Shown: in pieces, positions 46,321-61,645 of the stretch
Layout of the letters: the number at the start of each line of letters is the position of its first letter
Numbering within the stretch: the first letter of the stretch is position 1
Assembly: GCA_964035545.1 (NCBI GenBank)
Contig: OZ037772.1
Span: 11,778,818-11,842,817 of the forward strand
Direction of reading: 5' to 3'
DNA: 64,000 bases
Source of the DNA: Bugula neritina
Lineage: Eukaryota > Animalia > Bryozoa
Notes under the pieces: model-generated
Told to the model about the DNA's origin: nothing
Databases searched by the model: none
The model's input: only the letters and a program-made list of their open reading frames with translations
Program-made: the position numbers and the translations under genes

Positions 46321-48573
46321 ATGCAGAGCAAAGATGGAGATAAGGATTGTTATCCTCCAAGTAGCAGAGAAATATTTGTCTCGTTCATACTATTCAGGTG
46401 AGAGTTATACTTGGAGGAAACTTTGCAGGCGCAGGGTGTCCAACCTTTACAAAGCAAGTCGACCACTGAAATGGAGTAATCGGGTGGTGAGGACTGAATT
46501 GTAAATATATCTCGAGCTTGGAGCCACAGCATCAGTTTTCTTAAATTGCTTTATTCCAAATTATTATGAATCATTACACATTTAAGTCTTAATCACTACT
46601 GCAGGCTGCATATGTTTTTTAACATGTATATAAATGAGACATTTAAAGGGTGCTGTTCCACTCTAATTCATATTATATGTGTACAAAATAATTTTATTTA
46701 TTATGCTTTTGAGGGCCTCATAAATGTAGGCTGAGGGTAAGCATTTAAACCTGAGAGCGCCTGCTGAACAGCCCTGAGGCTGCCTGCTAGACAGCCCTGG
46801 GGCCGCCTGCTGGACAGCCCTGGGGCCGCCTGCTGGACAGCCCTGGGGCCACCTGCTAGACAGCCCTGAGGCCACCTGCTGAACAGCCCTTCACTAGACT
46901 GTAGATTCGGTTTTATGCAGCATTGAAACTAATTGAGACGCAAAGCTATTATTTATGATAAAAAAGTCAATTGTTACAGTTATCTATTGATAAAATTGTA
47001 GCAAGATAGAGCCTAGACTCTAGAGGTTTTTAGATTTTGGCTAGAGAAAAGCATAAACAGAGTGCATCTGCACTTGTTTTAATCTGATTAAGCAAGCTTA
47101 CTGAGTTGAGTGTTGAGTTTTGTTTTTTATATATATAGAGTAGAGGAAACCTGCAGAGATAGCCCCAATAGCAATATACAGCTGGCTGATATTGTTGAGC
47201 TACTCAGTGAAAACGATGTGAAGTTTGCTCCTCTTTTTATAAAAGTTGTTGATAATATAGAAAAAGAAGGTAAGGCATTGCTCTATTTCATAAAATGAAG
47301 AATTTTAGTTTACTGAATAATAATACCAAGTGAAATGATACTTGTCTTTTAGAAACTTGGATTTTGTCAATTTTATAGAAATACATGTGCAAAAAACAAT
47401 ATATGTTTTGTCATTTTATATATAATATATGTCATGATTATGATTATTCTGTATTTGCAGTGCTTGGGAAATCGGCTTATTGCTTTCACAATTCTGTTGC
47501 TATGACAACCGACCATCTGAGAAAGGAAATACAGGATTTGCTGAACAGTCAAAGGAGGCAGCATGGAGAAAGAGTAGGAGAAATTGAGTGGGAGAGCTTG
47601 TGTCACGTGAGGGTGTATAATATTAACACACACGCACACATTGTATATGTTAATATATACAGTATTATTTATTATTTTATATAGATGTACTTATATATGT
47701 ATATATGCATGTATAACATAATTATGTATATCATATTATATATCCTTGTATCTGTATGGTTGATTAATACAACACAATTAATTTTAGGTTTTCAATGCAG
47801 TGAGGCAGTTGATCATAGAAACGGTTAAATATTTTCATATTTCACGTCTCAAAGCAATTTTGGAACTGATGCTGGATTTTCTCAAAAGTGTGTCTTTTCT
47901 AATTCCAGCTGAATACTTGGTGAGTATATACAATACTTGGTGAGTATATACAATACTTGGTGAGTATATACAATACTTGGTGAGTATATACAATACTTGG
48001 TGAGTATATACAATACTTGGTGAGTTATAATATACAATACTTGGTGAGTATATACAATACTTGGTGAGTATATACAATACTTGGTGAGTACATACAATAC
48101 TTGGTGAGTGTATACAATACTTGGTGAGTACATACAATACTTGGTGAGTATATACAATACTTGGTGAGTATATACAATACTTGGTGAGTATATACAATAC
48201 TTGGTGAGTATATACAATACTTGGTGAGTATATACAATACTTGGTGAGTATATACAATACTTGGTGAGTATATACAATACTTGGTGAGTATATACAATAC
48301 TTGGTGAGTATATACAATACTTGGTGAGTATATACAATACTTGGTGAGTATATACAATACTTGGTGAGTATATACAATACTTGGTGAGTATATACAATGA
48401 TGTTTAGCAATCTTTATTGGCAGTTGGTTATGTCAGAAATGCTGCAGGTTTAAAGCTTTTAAAGTCATCACCAATTAAGTTATTCATTTAAAAATTACTT
48501 GTATTTTAATTATATTTCAATTTTAATTAGCAACAATACCAGCTTTGAGTGAGTAAATATTTATATATATATA

Positions 48574-48616
<43 letters not shown>

Positions 48617-50037
48617 TAACAAGTTTGTCCTTGACTCTTAGATCTCTAACAGAAGAGCAGCCATGGTCTGGGGGTTAGAGGTTAGAGGGTTTGCCTAGTA
48701 AGCACGAAGGTCATAGGCTCCAGCCCAGACAAAGGCTATTGGTGATGTTAGAAAGAGCATCCAGCCATAATTGTACTTGTGCCTTATTTAAATTATAAGT
48801 CTTTAGCCTGCTTTAACAAAAATCCTTTCCATCAGGGGTTTCTCACAGGGATAGCGACTATAAACTTGCGTGAGGTTTTATTCATGTTTCTAACAATTTT
48901 TTAAGTGTATAACTACATTTAATCTGAATTTTTAAGCAATTACTTCCCTTGAGTCCTAACAGATAGAAATTAAAAGTAATTAAACTAAGCGAGATTCATG
49001 GCTCACATCAAGAGTCAGTCTCTATACTAATCTAAAATTATTAAAGCTAGTAGCACATTAATATGTTTTTAAATTAAATAATAATATGTAGGTGTATTTA
49101 CAAATCATTTGATGAAAGCAGCTTTTTCAGCATTAATGATAATACAATTTACCTTAATAATTTAATTTTCCAGCAGTTTAGTAAAGAAATTATTTGCAAT
49201 TTAGTAAAAACTATATTACATCTCATTATGCTAAAAATGATTATCTATTGATATATTAAATTAATCTATTAAAATTACTTTGGTATTAATTTTTAATTTC
49301 AAAAATGAATCTGTAAACTTGCTATATAAATGACAGAAAGTTGTTGAATTTTTATTTAGGAACCTGAAGATCTGATGAAGCCATCATCTCCTAAAAAGCC
49401 AGGGCCGAGAGTGTGGCCAGATCTCAGTTCAGCTGTACCAAAAGATGCTTTAGCATTTGTGGGATGCTTCTGCGGGTCAGCTAACAGTATTAGCTACGCG
49501 ATTGACGGGAAGGGACAGGCGAGTGAGTGCAGTGTATGTCAGAGGTTACAGTGTCTGATATGTGGAGAGGATTTCAACACTATGACCAAGTTTAAGAGAC
49601 ATTTACAGAGATTTGGTCACCCAAACTCAGTGGCTACAGAGTTCTCAAACAGACCTCCAACCTTTTTCACCGCAGCTCCCAAACTGAATAAAGACATAAA
49701 ACTCTTCCATTGTTCTGGTGATTGTCCAGGGACTCCCTACAACGCTTACAAGATCAACCAGTACATCAGCAAGTGTACTATCTGCCAGGTTATGAGGTGT
49801 CTCATATGCGGCTACGGCGCTCTCATCTGGGAATATCTTGCCAGACATTTCCAGAGACATGACCATAAGCCTTTTAACTTTAGGAATCCCGTAACAGCTC
49901 TAGCTATTACCAGAAACAACAAAGTATTTAACCTGAAATGTGCTAAGTGCGAGTTTAGTAAAGCTGTGGTTTTGCAAAAAGAAGGTTATAAATGCAAGAA
50001 ATGCTCAACTTTTCTTTCCAGAATTTTCTCAAACTAA
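46321..50037 (+). CDS. Zinc-finger gene C: unassigned N-terminal domain + Cys/His-rich ribbon-C2H2 domain (387 aa, 5 exons)
   Basis: Exons 46321-46397, 47139-47269, 47461-47606, 47788-47919, 49360-50037 in frame (1164 nt); exon 2/3 lengths (131/146) identical to gene A. Confidence 0.85.
46759..46889. repeat. GC-rich 23-bp minisatellite (~6 copies), gene C intron 1
   Basis: GCCTGCTGGACAGCCCTGGGGCC units. Confidence 0.9.
47912..48397. repeat. 20-bp minisatellite (~24 copies) whose unit spans the exon 4 splice donor of gene C
   Basis: AATACTTG|GTGAGTATATAC; the first unit contains the last codons of exon 4 and the donor at 47920. Confidence 0.95.
48654..48875 (+). mobile_element. tRNA-derived SINE, full-length copy
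   Basis: Aligns over its length to 41562-41770; preceded by (TA)n at 48563-48614. Confidence 0.82.
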
Positions 50038-52311
50038 ATTTTTTCTGTAAAATAAATCTCTTCTATAAGAGAGTAAAATTCATTGTCTTGTTTTTTAATT
50101 AATGTCTTTAATTTATAGGTAAATATATGAAAATACTGATCATGACATAGTTGAGCCCTAGAATAAGCAACTTCTTGACTTTTTTATTAAAATGTAATTG
50201 TCAGAACTCAACATACAATAATATTTTACGCTATTAATCCTGACTACCTTCATCAATGCTACAACAAGGTACAAATGTTCTCTTTTCAAAATGATATAAA
50301 ATTACTACACCTACGTATATAATGTTTAAAATTTCCAATGCTTATATACATGTCTTTGATTTGCAGCAAAAATGTATAGTATTTGTTTGCAGTTAGTTTA
50401 TGCAAATAATTTATTGGCTATTTCAAGTTGTCTATTGTTTGTGTCAATTTCTTATAGCTGGTTTCATTAAAAATATTCTATATAATAATAGAATAAGTTC
50501 TACATTCACATTTGATATTATAGTACATAATACACAATAAGTTATTTGAGCTTATGAAATTAGTGAATAATCTAACTTAAAGATTTTCATATTTAAATGC
50601 AATATAACTTAAATAAATTAAAATTGTTTTAACATATACTATTAACTATATTTAAAATACTCAACTCATTGCAGCTTTAATTATATGATTGTGAAATTTA
50701 ATGTGGGTTATAATATAGGTTATAGAGCAGCTATATACATGCAATAGTTAGCTTAATGTGATTAGCTAAGAACAATGACTCCTCTCCCCTCCCCCCTCCC
50801 CCCCCCCCTCCCACAAGCATTCACATCACTTACCAGCTTGTATGGCTTGGCTATTGCATGGCTATGGAAGAAAACTAATATTATACTGCGACAGGAGTAT
50901 AAGGACATCAGCCTAGCTTAGACTATATATCAAGTAAGACTGTCAAACATGTTTTAATCATTACATTATGTATTATTGTTTCATAGTTTTAGTATGACCG
51001 ATATATGCAGCCTGATGCATTAAAATACAAGGCTAAAAGAAGGCTTAGCTTTGAAGTTGTGATTTTAGAAAGATAAAAGCATCATCGCATGCACTAGTCA
51101 AGCAATTATTGACTCTCAGGCAATTATATAACCTGCGAAGCTTTTGCTTGAACATCTTTATATAGCATGTAACAGCTAGATGTTTAGGTTTTAGACAAGA
51201 GTCTGACAACTCCTCATATTGCCCTCATAATAACTATTACCATACAATAGTATATAGGATGTTTCATATTGAAGTATTATTATTTATATAATAGATAAAG
51301 CATTTAATATTTAAATATTTTCAAGTAGGAAATAGCTCATTGAAAATCAATTTAAAATATAACTATTTGTAGATTACTTCATTTATATTATAGTCACATA
51401 TCTAACATTTTAATCTCTATTGATTTTTCTCTGTGTTTTAGACTTCAAGTTGATTTTATATTCCAATAAACTGCAAAAATAAAATCTGAAGTTTTAAATT
51501 TTTAATTAAATGACCACTGCAGGTAGTTATATACACTGAGGATTTCCGCATGGCTTTTCACGATTTCTCTTTTACATACAGCATATAATAGTGTAATTAC
51601 CTTATCTGTATCACAATGACACCCTTTGAATGTATAGATTTGCAAGTTATATTTAGCCAATACAATTACCATTTTTTTTATCTTTTAACTTCCAAGTTGC
51701 TTCAGTTAGTTAAAATATATTGAGATTTAAAGCTTTACAAAATAAAAGGTTGCTGAGTAAGCCAACAGTGTTTCAAATTTATACAGCGTTGGCCGTTTAT
51801 ATTAGTCAATGTTATATGCAGGTGACTATAATATTTATTGCATTAATTTTTAATTGCATTCATTTATAAATCAATTTAAATATCAATTCATTAGTGTAAT
51901 CATAGCTGCCACGTTATGTATCAATATGTCTGTGTTTATAATAAGCATTAGCATAAAGTTCTAGTTGATATATAAGAAATGAAAAGCAAATATATACTAG
52001 TATATATTATGTTAATATTTGTATGCATTCAGCATTATCAAATTATAATAAACATAGAAGCTGGAGTAAACCAAGTGAAACATTTTTTTTAATTTTTTGT
52101 ACAAAAGCATTAATAAAATAAGTTTACAAGACAGTTTGAATGAAATTAAATCGGAAAAAATATCAGTCATAAATAAGGCTTCTATTATAAAGCTGTTGGC
52201 GAGAGAGCATTGGGGAAACATTCTTAGAGATACCTAACAATAATATATTATATATTATATATATTTGCATGTCACAAACTACACAATCATATCACCTACA
52301 GAATATAAGGT

Positions 52312-54909
52312 TTATTGAGAAGTCAGCTCAAAGCCATGAATCTCCAGTTCATAAATGTTGAAAACATTGTTGATTCGAACTGCTGTGACGCGTACGTATC
52401 TACCGTACATCATTTCGCTACAGGAGACGAGGAATATGTGTGCAGGTGGCTGTCCTGGGATATAGTCACAGATCTCTCCCTCTGGTGGGTTGTCAAACCT
52501 GGTATCTGTCTCTCCTATGGCTACCCTTACATTCGCCAGTCTATCATTAACTGTTGAAGGAATATTCAAACTGAGTTACAGGTTTACTAGCAGAGTATAC
52601 ATTACGACACAGAATTAGGTGAATTATTATATTATATACTATTAGTATGTACTATTATATTATATACTATTAGTATGTACTATTATATTATATAATTGTG
52701 TAACTGTATAGCACTCCAACATTATAGCACCATTACATTATTTAATTACTGAAATATATCGTAGCATACCATTATTATATTACATAATACTCGTAGATTG
52801 TATATAATACTATATATATAATACTGATGCTATATAATATATATCTTTTTCAGAATTGTACATTAAAACACTACATAAATTTTTATTTTGATGGTCACAA
52901 TAATTATATAGGCCAGTGTTTTATAAATTAGTTAGATTTTGGACAAAAATGAGATTTTACATTAATTTGTTAAACAAAACAAAATAAATTTGTTTAATTT
53001 AATTTGATTTATATTATAATGTAATAAATTCATATAGAAAAGCATTAATAACTTATAAAATTAAATATCATTTACAATCAATACGGCTCATATGAATTAG
53101 ATATAAATATATGTATTAATGAGCTAGTGTATATAAGACACTGTATGTTTAAATTTTATTAGGAAGAGTGAAAATAATATAACCAAAATTCTAAGATCAA
53201 TTTTTTTACATTTACAAGTACCTATTATACTATGAAAGCTATAAAGTCATAAAACAAGTAACTAAAACTCTTAAGTCATTAAAATATATGTCATTAGCTC
53301 TAATATACACTACCTCTTGATGAGCTTTCCGATCTGTCCCATATCTTGACACCTAACACAAAGTGATTGGTGAACATATCTACTTGTAACCATGGAGATG
53401 GTTCTACATTGGTGTGAGCCATACTGCCATTCTCAGGGATGTTGTGCACTGAGGGGAGATAAATACCATCAATAGCCTTTGTACCAAGACGTTTAGAATT
53501 ACTTGTACTGCTTAGAGATACATTCTTGCCTGAAAGATAGCAATAACTACAGACAAGTGTTGGATGAATGAGTAACACAATCGTAGTGCGCTATTGTTTT
53601 GTTGAAATATTATTATATAATAGAGAGGGTTTTTAGTTTGCTATAACAAAATTTGCATAGTTTCAAAGGTTAGTTTTACAGATACATTTCTTATTATCAA
53701 TTATAATGCATTGTTTTTTTGCCTTTTTTTTTCACCTCTGTAAAGTTTAAATTAATATTTAGCAAAATCTTATGTAACAAACTTAACTTTTTCAAATAGC
53801 TTGCACGTAACATAATTTATAATTCTTTAAATGCGTCTGAGGCTTAAAATCCAATTTTTGAATTATTAGAAATTTGTCATGGTTTTTGCTGACCTCTTGC
53901 AAGATATTGTGAAAACGTGTACACCATCAGATCATCTGAGTGACACCTCTTAACAAAACACTGTTTCCTCGACTTTCTTGTATCATTCACCACTTTTGCT
54001 TCTTCGGACAGGAAACAGATTGATGTCACCGTGTCATAGGAAACAGCAGCACATGATTGGTTGAGAGTACAGAGTGACAGACAGTTGCTTAGTGAGAAGC
54101 TCTCATTCTGGTTTGTGGTAATTAGTACATCAAAAAATGTTTGGTTCATATATCCTTTTTCACCTGCAGTGCATAAAAACATTGTAATTCACTGGACTTT
54201 ATTGAAAGTTTTTTAGTAATTTTATAAAAAATATACTATTTTAAAAACATGCAATAAATGTATGTAATTATACATAATTATTGACTTTAAACAAGATTTC
54301 TGTAAGATCAGATAAAATATATAAACATGAAAACTGCAAATCGCAATAGAAAAGGTTTCCTACAATAAATTTTCGATAGAATAAACGATGATCACACGAA
54401 TCATTGGAATATTATAATCTTTTAACTAAGATATAAAATTATTTTACTAGAACTTTTAAATCTGCTTAAAAACACAATGTTTACTTACAAGTTGCTGGCT
54501 TTGCTCTTTCAATGTACAATAAGTCATCAACATCTACTCTCTGTTCTACTAGGACGAGTTTATCGTCTCTCGAGAGCTGACATGACTCATTTGACTGCCC
54601 ACAGATGGCGCTCCTACATCTCTCACCAAAGAAATGGCATTGAGTCATGCATTCTATGACCGTTCTAGCTGCATATATTCAAACTTTTGTAAAAAATTTA
54701 ATATATATTTCATTGGTTAATAAACTAAAATTTTAAAGTATAACTTTTAGATACTAACCTGCCTTGATGCTTACAATATCTGAAAGTGGGAATCCTTGTT
54801 GAGCTGTTAGGTGGGTTATGTTGGACGTGAAAATTCCAGAGTCTACACTACATGGTAATAAGAATAATATTATATTTAATACACAAACATTATGAAGGCT
54901 ATAACACAT
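52312..54909 (-). CDS. Secreted PAN/apple-PAN/apple-F-type lectin (fucolectin-like) protein, 5 exons
   Basis: Exons 54909-54759 (signal-like LNIILFLLPCSVDS), 54668-54489 (ECMTQC..C.SA..C.L), 54163-53894 (CLSLC..SCAAVSYD..CFL), 53529-53314 (GKNV.LSS..AIDG..AHT..SPWLQVD..VKIWDR), 52550-52312 (RLANVRV..C..SC..GRYVRV..ELEIHG); all phase 1 and in frame. Confidence 0.85.
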
Positions 54910-56565
54910 GCTATAGCTGTTGAGCTGGTAGTTCCCAGAGTAAAGGCTACGGGGTGATGAAAAAGTATTTGCTTATAAGCATTTATTGATTTATCCTAAA
55001 AGAAACTTTATATCATGCATGCATTTAAAATTCACAAAACATATTTAAATAGCTGTAAACTACTGATGCGTTAAGTTAAAATTATTTATTTAAAGTTTAA
55101 AGTAGTTTGAAATAAAGTTATTAGTTTAAAAAAGTGTTTTAATTTCAAAACATAATACATATAATATTCATAACTTCTAAAAAATATGAACTGAACTATT
55201 TTCCAAATTATCTTACTTGAGAACAACTGGTTGTAAATCTCAATATAATGAGAAAATCAGTTTAAATAATTTTAGAGTTTTTAGTATCTATAATATATAC
55301 TACTAAATAAGTAAAAATCTCAATAAAATAGCCACATTTATTATATGTGTGTATTTGATTGCGCGAGTGTGTCTGTGTGATTTCATGTATAATTAATGCA
55401 ATATTTAATTGCTGCATATTTTTTATGCATGCATTGTGCCTGGGCATGAGTGCATGCACGGGTGTGACAAAGTAAAGTTTGCTGTACGTATTCTACAAAA
55501 ATTGGAAAATAATTTAAATATGTCATGTATATTTTTCAGTAATGATTTTGATTTAAAGACTGCATCTGCATAAATATATAGCAAATTTTCCAGAAAATGC
55601 TAATTTTTATCAGTGAAAATAATTTCATTAGTTTAATTTATTGAAACAATAGAAAATTATTTATATATGAATAAAATAAGGCAGGTTGATTAGAGTAGAA
55701 AGTCTTTATATATATATATATAAGCTGCAGCAACTTTATTTGATTCATTATATGCTAGCTGTATGCATAATAACAACCATATAGCTAATTACAAGCTATA
55801 GAATAGATGCTGTAGGTAAAGAAAATATTATGTTAGCTTGCAAAACTTTTGTTCCACAATGTCTACCTTTTGAGGTGTTAATAATTTGCATCTAATGCAT
55901 CTAATAGACTGGTTTTTTGGCAAACTGCCAGACCTACCACTCTCATCACGTGTTACTAAATAAATCACATGATGGGACAATTACCTGACACGTGATGTCT
56001 ATTAAGGCAGTAATTACTCTGAATTTTAATTTGCAGTTTAATTAGCAGCCTGATTCTGTACTGTATATATAATTGCTATATTAAGAGTTATAAGAACTGA
56101 TACAGAAACTGAGGTTATATTTCTACCACAAGCAGGTAAAATGAGCTTTCATAAACTCTATTCTTTTAATTATTAGCACATGATATGTGGAGTATTAGAA
56201 TAGGTTTTAATATATAGTGAAATATTACAACAAAACATATACTTTTATGATATATAATCTTTGGTTACATTGCGCTATGTTTCTACTTAAATCATACAGC
56301 GTACTTGATCGTAAATATTATTATAATAAAACTTATATTGTAATATATTATAGTATGGGCCTACCATTCTATACTAAAATCTATATCATATACTATATTA
56401 GGTTATTGAATTTTCTATATTATGTTATTATTCCATACTATAACATATGATATTGTACTATATGTTGCACCATGTTACGTTATAGAGGTACTGTTAGGTA
56501 ACCATATATGATGCTAAAATTAATGCCATTCCTACAACTGGTGACAATTTTCAGCAACCTATATA

Positions 56566-56709
<144 letters not shown>

Positions 56710-56719
56710 ACAACGGTCA

Positions 56720-58112
<1,393 letters not shown>

Positions 58113-59457
58113 GACAGCAGCTGTTTCGGGATTTGTCCCCTCATCAGCACAGAACAGAGTACCATGGCCCACACCTTCGCAATAGTAAAACTTATAGTTT
58201 TACTAAAGCATATTTAAAAGGTGTGTTCGTGTGTGTGTCCATACTTTTGTTCTAATATTCACATATTACATTATTTTTATTAGATTTATATGCTTGGTAG
58301 TCAGAGTCAAAACTATGACACCAGCATAAAGTCATAGGTGTATAAAAATTAGGAAGAATTTATCATTCTCCAGCATATAATAATAGCCATATTACATACA
58401 TCAGCTCATTGAGCTAATTGAGCGATATTTGTATGTAGAGAAAATATTATTCTTGTATTGATTAGATTATTGTTCCATATTATATAATTTCTGAGGTGTT
58501 ATACATTTCCAATTGGCTGGTTGTTGAAATTTAGTCAGCAGTAATTAAAGGTTCTTTAAACAAAAAACATCTTGGAAGAGAGCCAAATAAAACATAAAAA
58601 CAAAAAACAGCCTATTAATACCAAAATAAATTTGTTTCATAACTGCAATAAATTGCAGCTCTTAATTTAATGGAATTTTCTGCCATTTACATATGATCAT
58701 ACCTGAATACATTATAGACATAATATATTATATTCTTAATGCATATATATTATACTGTATGCCTGACCAATTATTTAGTGCCGCAGACGTCATTTGATAT
58801 TAAAGATCTTACCTAGATTTGGCATCATGCATGACCTTATATATTTACTTCTCACTCTTATGTGGTATTGATCTTGTTTCAGCGACTATTGAATTATATT
58901 TAAATATGCTGCAATAATATTAGTATAGGCACATTGAATGCTATTAATGTTTATTTTTGAAAAGTTATTCTACTTATCACTGAACAAAGTCAAAAACCTT
59001 GTATAATCATTTAAACTCAGCACATTACTGTTTTGTTGAGGTTTCAGTTGTGTGAATAGATGCTTTTAGAACACGGTTTTACCATTATTACTCATGGAAT
59101 AGTAGGAAAAGAATTCTAAACTGATCAAAAATTTCCTATTATAATATGCAGCTACCCAAAATAATTTGGTAACACTAAAAAGACACAAAATTTATGTGAA
59201 ACTATTTTTGTTTTAATATAGTTTTTAATTTTATTTTTTTGCTCTAATATATATAATATAATTTAAGAGAATTAATTCAAGATATAGTTGTGAGAAAATT
59301 AAAAAAGTATTTAGGTATTTAAAAATTTAGAAATATAAAAGCGTAATTATAAAAGCGTAAACTCTTTGTTATTTACATTGCATGCTGTAATGATCTTCTT
59401 ATGAAATAGCTAGAGGTGAACATGGGGGACAGCTCTTAATATATTTCTTATTTAGAC

Positions 59458-61213
59458 ATGGCGGATATCCAGGGTGCAGTGATTCATGTACAAGGCTTGA
59501 TTGCAGACGCTGCATTAGATCATAGCGATGAAAATCTGCAGAGACTGAATGATTATATAGAAAATATGGCAGATAATCAAATAATCCCCGTTCTATCGAA
59601 AGAATATCGTCCAAATTTTAAGGCCAGCATTCGTTCATGTTGCTGCTTCTCAGATGGCTCTAATGGCACAGCCCTACATTACGCAGCCTTACATGCAAAA
59701 TCTCAGCTGATAAAGGTAGTTTTGACTGCAGCTAACAACCGTAAAGACTTTGCTCCCACATTGTTAAAACTTCAATTCTGTAGGCAGACCCCACTACATT
59801 ATGCCGCAATAAGTGGAGATACAGGCTGCGTAGAAGCAATGAAATGTGCTTTTCTCAGACCTCGCCATCATTCTTCAGCTGCTCAGAAATTGGTACAAGA
59901 CAGTGAAGAGCTAAATGCTAATGCAGGTGAAGACACATGGTTAGCATTTTTAAAAATAAAAGACAAAAAAGGTAATACAGCAGCTAGCTTGGCAATTGAA
60001 AATGAGAAAACTGGAGCGCTAAAAAGCATGTTGTCTGACTTAACACCACAAGAGAAATTCATACTGTTAGAAGTAAGAGATGGTAAAGGTGACACTTTAC
60101 TGCAAAAGGCAATAAAACAGAATAACTTAGATATGGTGAAACTGATAACAAAAAACCTGGAAAAAAACCAAGTCTTTGAAATTGCTAAGCATGCGACTAG
60201 CAGACAAAGAAGAAATGCCCTGCATCTGGCTGTTGACGTCAATTGTGAAGATATTGCCAGACATATTCGTGAGAATATCAGCTCCAATAATTGGATAAAA
60301 CTTTGTACACAAGATGCAAACAGAGAAGGGAGAAATGTTTTACAATTAGCAAGAAGAAAAATGAATATTTGCTCATCATTTGTCATTCAAGAAGAAGGAA
60401 ATGCCAGATCAGCTCATCAAGCCCACCGTGAAAGTTTGTTATGTTTATATCTAAAAAATAAACATAATCATAACCTAGCTATATATAAGCAAGCAATTTA
60501 TTTTATATATGCAATTAGGTGTTTAATAGCTTTTTGAGTGCTTCTTTGTGTTTTAGGTATGGCGGCAGCGAGTGGTCATACTTTAAACAGTCGAGGACAT
60601 GCTAACAGAGGGTGTGAGTATGCAACAGATATTATAGATATTTCTGTTAGCATGCTTAACTTACAGAAGTTTTTAGTGTCCTATGCTGTCTGCTTTAAAA
60701 TCAGATGTTTTATTCAATATATTTTATCTTTTTTGTTTCAATGATTACTTTTTATTTGAAGCTGAGTTATATAGTGGGATGTTGCGTATTGTCATCCGGA
60801 AGCGCCCTTTATCTCTGTGTACATGCATGTGTGTGTAACTGTGAAAGAAGCAGTCATAATAACCGTGCAAATTCAATGGTTGAATCATAAAATATATAAA
60901 TAGATCATGAATAAACTTTATTTATTTTGAAAGGGTGGTTTGTATTTTTTAGAATATAAAGTAATATTATTCACAAAAATAGTCATTTATAAAAATAATT
61001 CTTATAGCAAGATCATATAGTAAAATATTTAGTCTACAAAATTTGATTGATATGACCACATGAATATTATATTTTTCTATAATAGTGATGAAAATTGTTT
61101 ATATTAAAGAAGTTACATTCTAAAAAGTTTATAGTTTATAGTTCTCAAGCAGAATAAAATTTGATTTTCATTACAGACGAAGGATATAGGACTAGAGAAA
61201 CTGGCAGCCAGGG
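59458..61213 (+). CDS. Ankyrin-repeat protein; large exon 59458-60434 then small exons (60557-60613, 61177-~61213); 3' end unresolved
   Basis: GTALHYAA, QTPLHYAAISGD, KGNTAASLA, GKGDTLLQKA, RNALHLAV, EGRNVLQLA; acceptor at 59455; phase-1 donor at 60435 joins SMAAASGH... Confidence 0.8.
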
Positions 61214-61302
61214 GTATGGAACTTTTAGTACAACACTTGGCAGTGAGTATAGACAATCTCTAAAACCAGACTAAATTGATTTGATGATGTAGTGCTCACG
61301 TG

Positions 61303-61645
<343 letters not shown>

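Noticed and set aside
47835-48410. Repetitive ORFs (YTHQVLYILTKYC...) and CRISPR-like appearance
   Set aside because: Pure 20-bp tandem repeat with no unique spacers and no cas genes; ORFs are repeat translations antisense to gene C.
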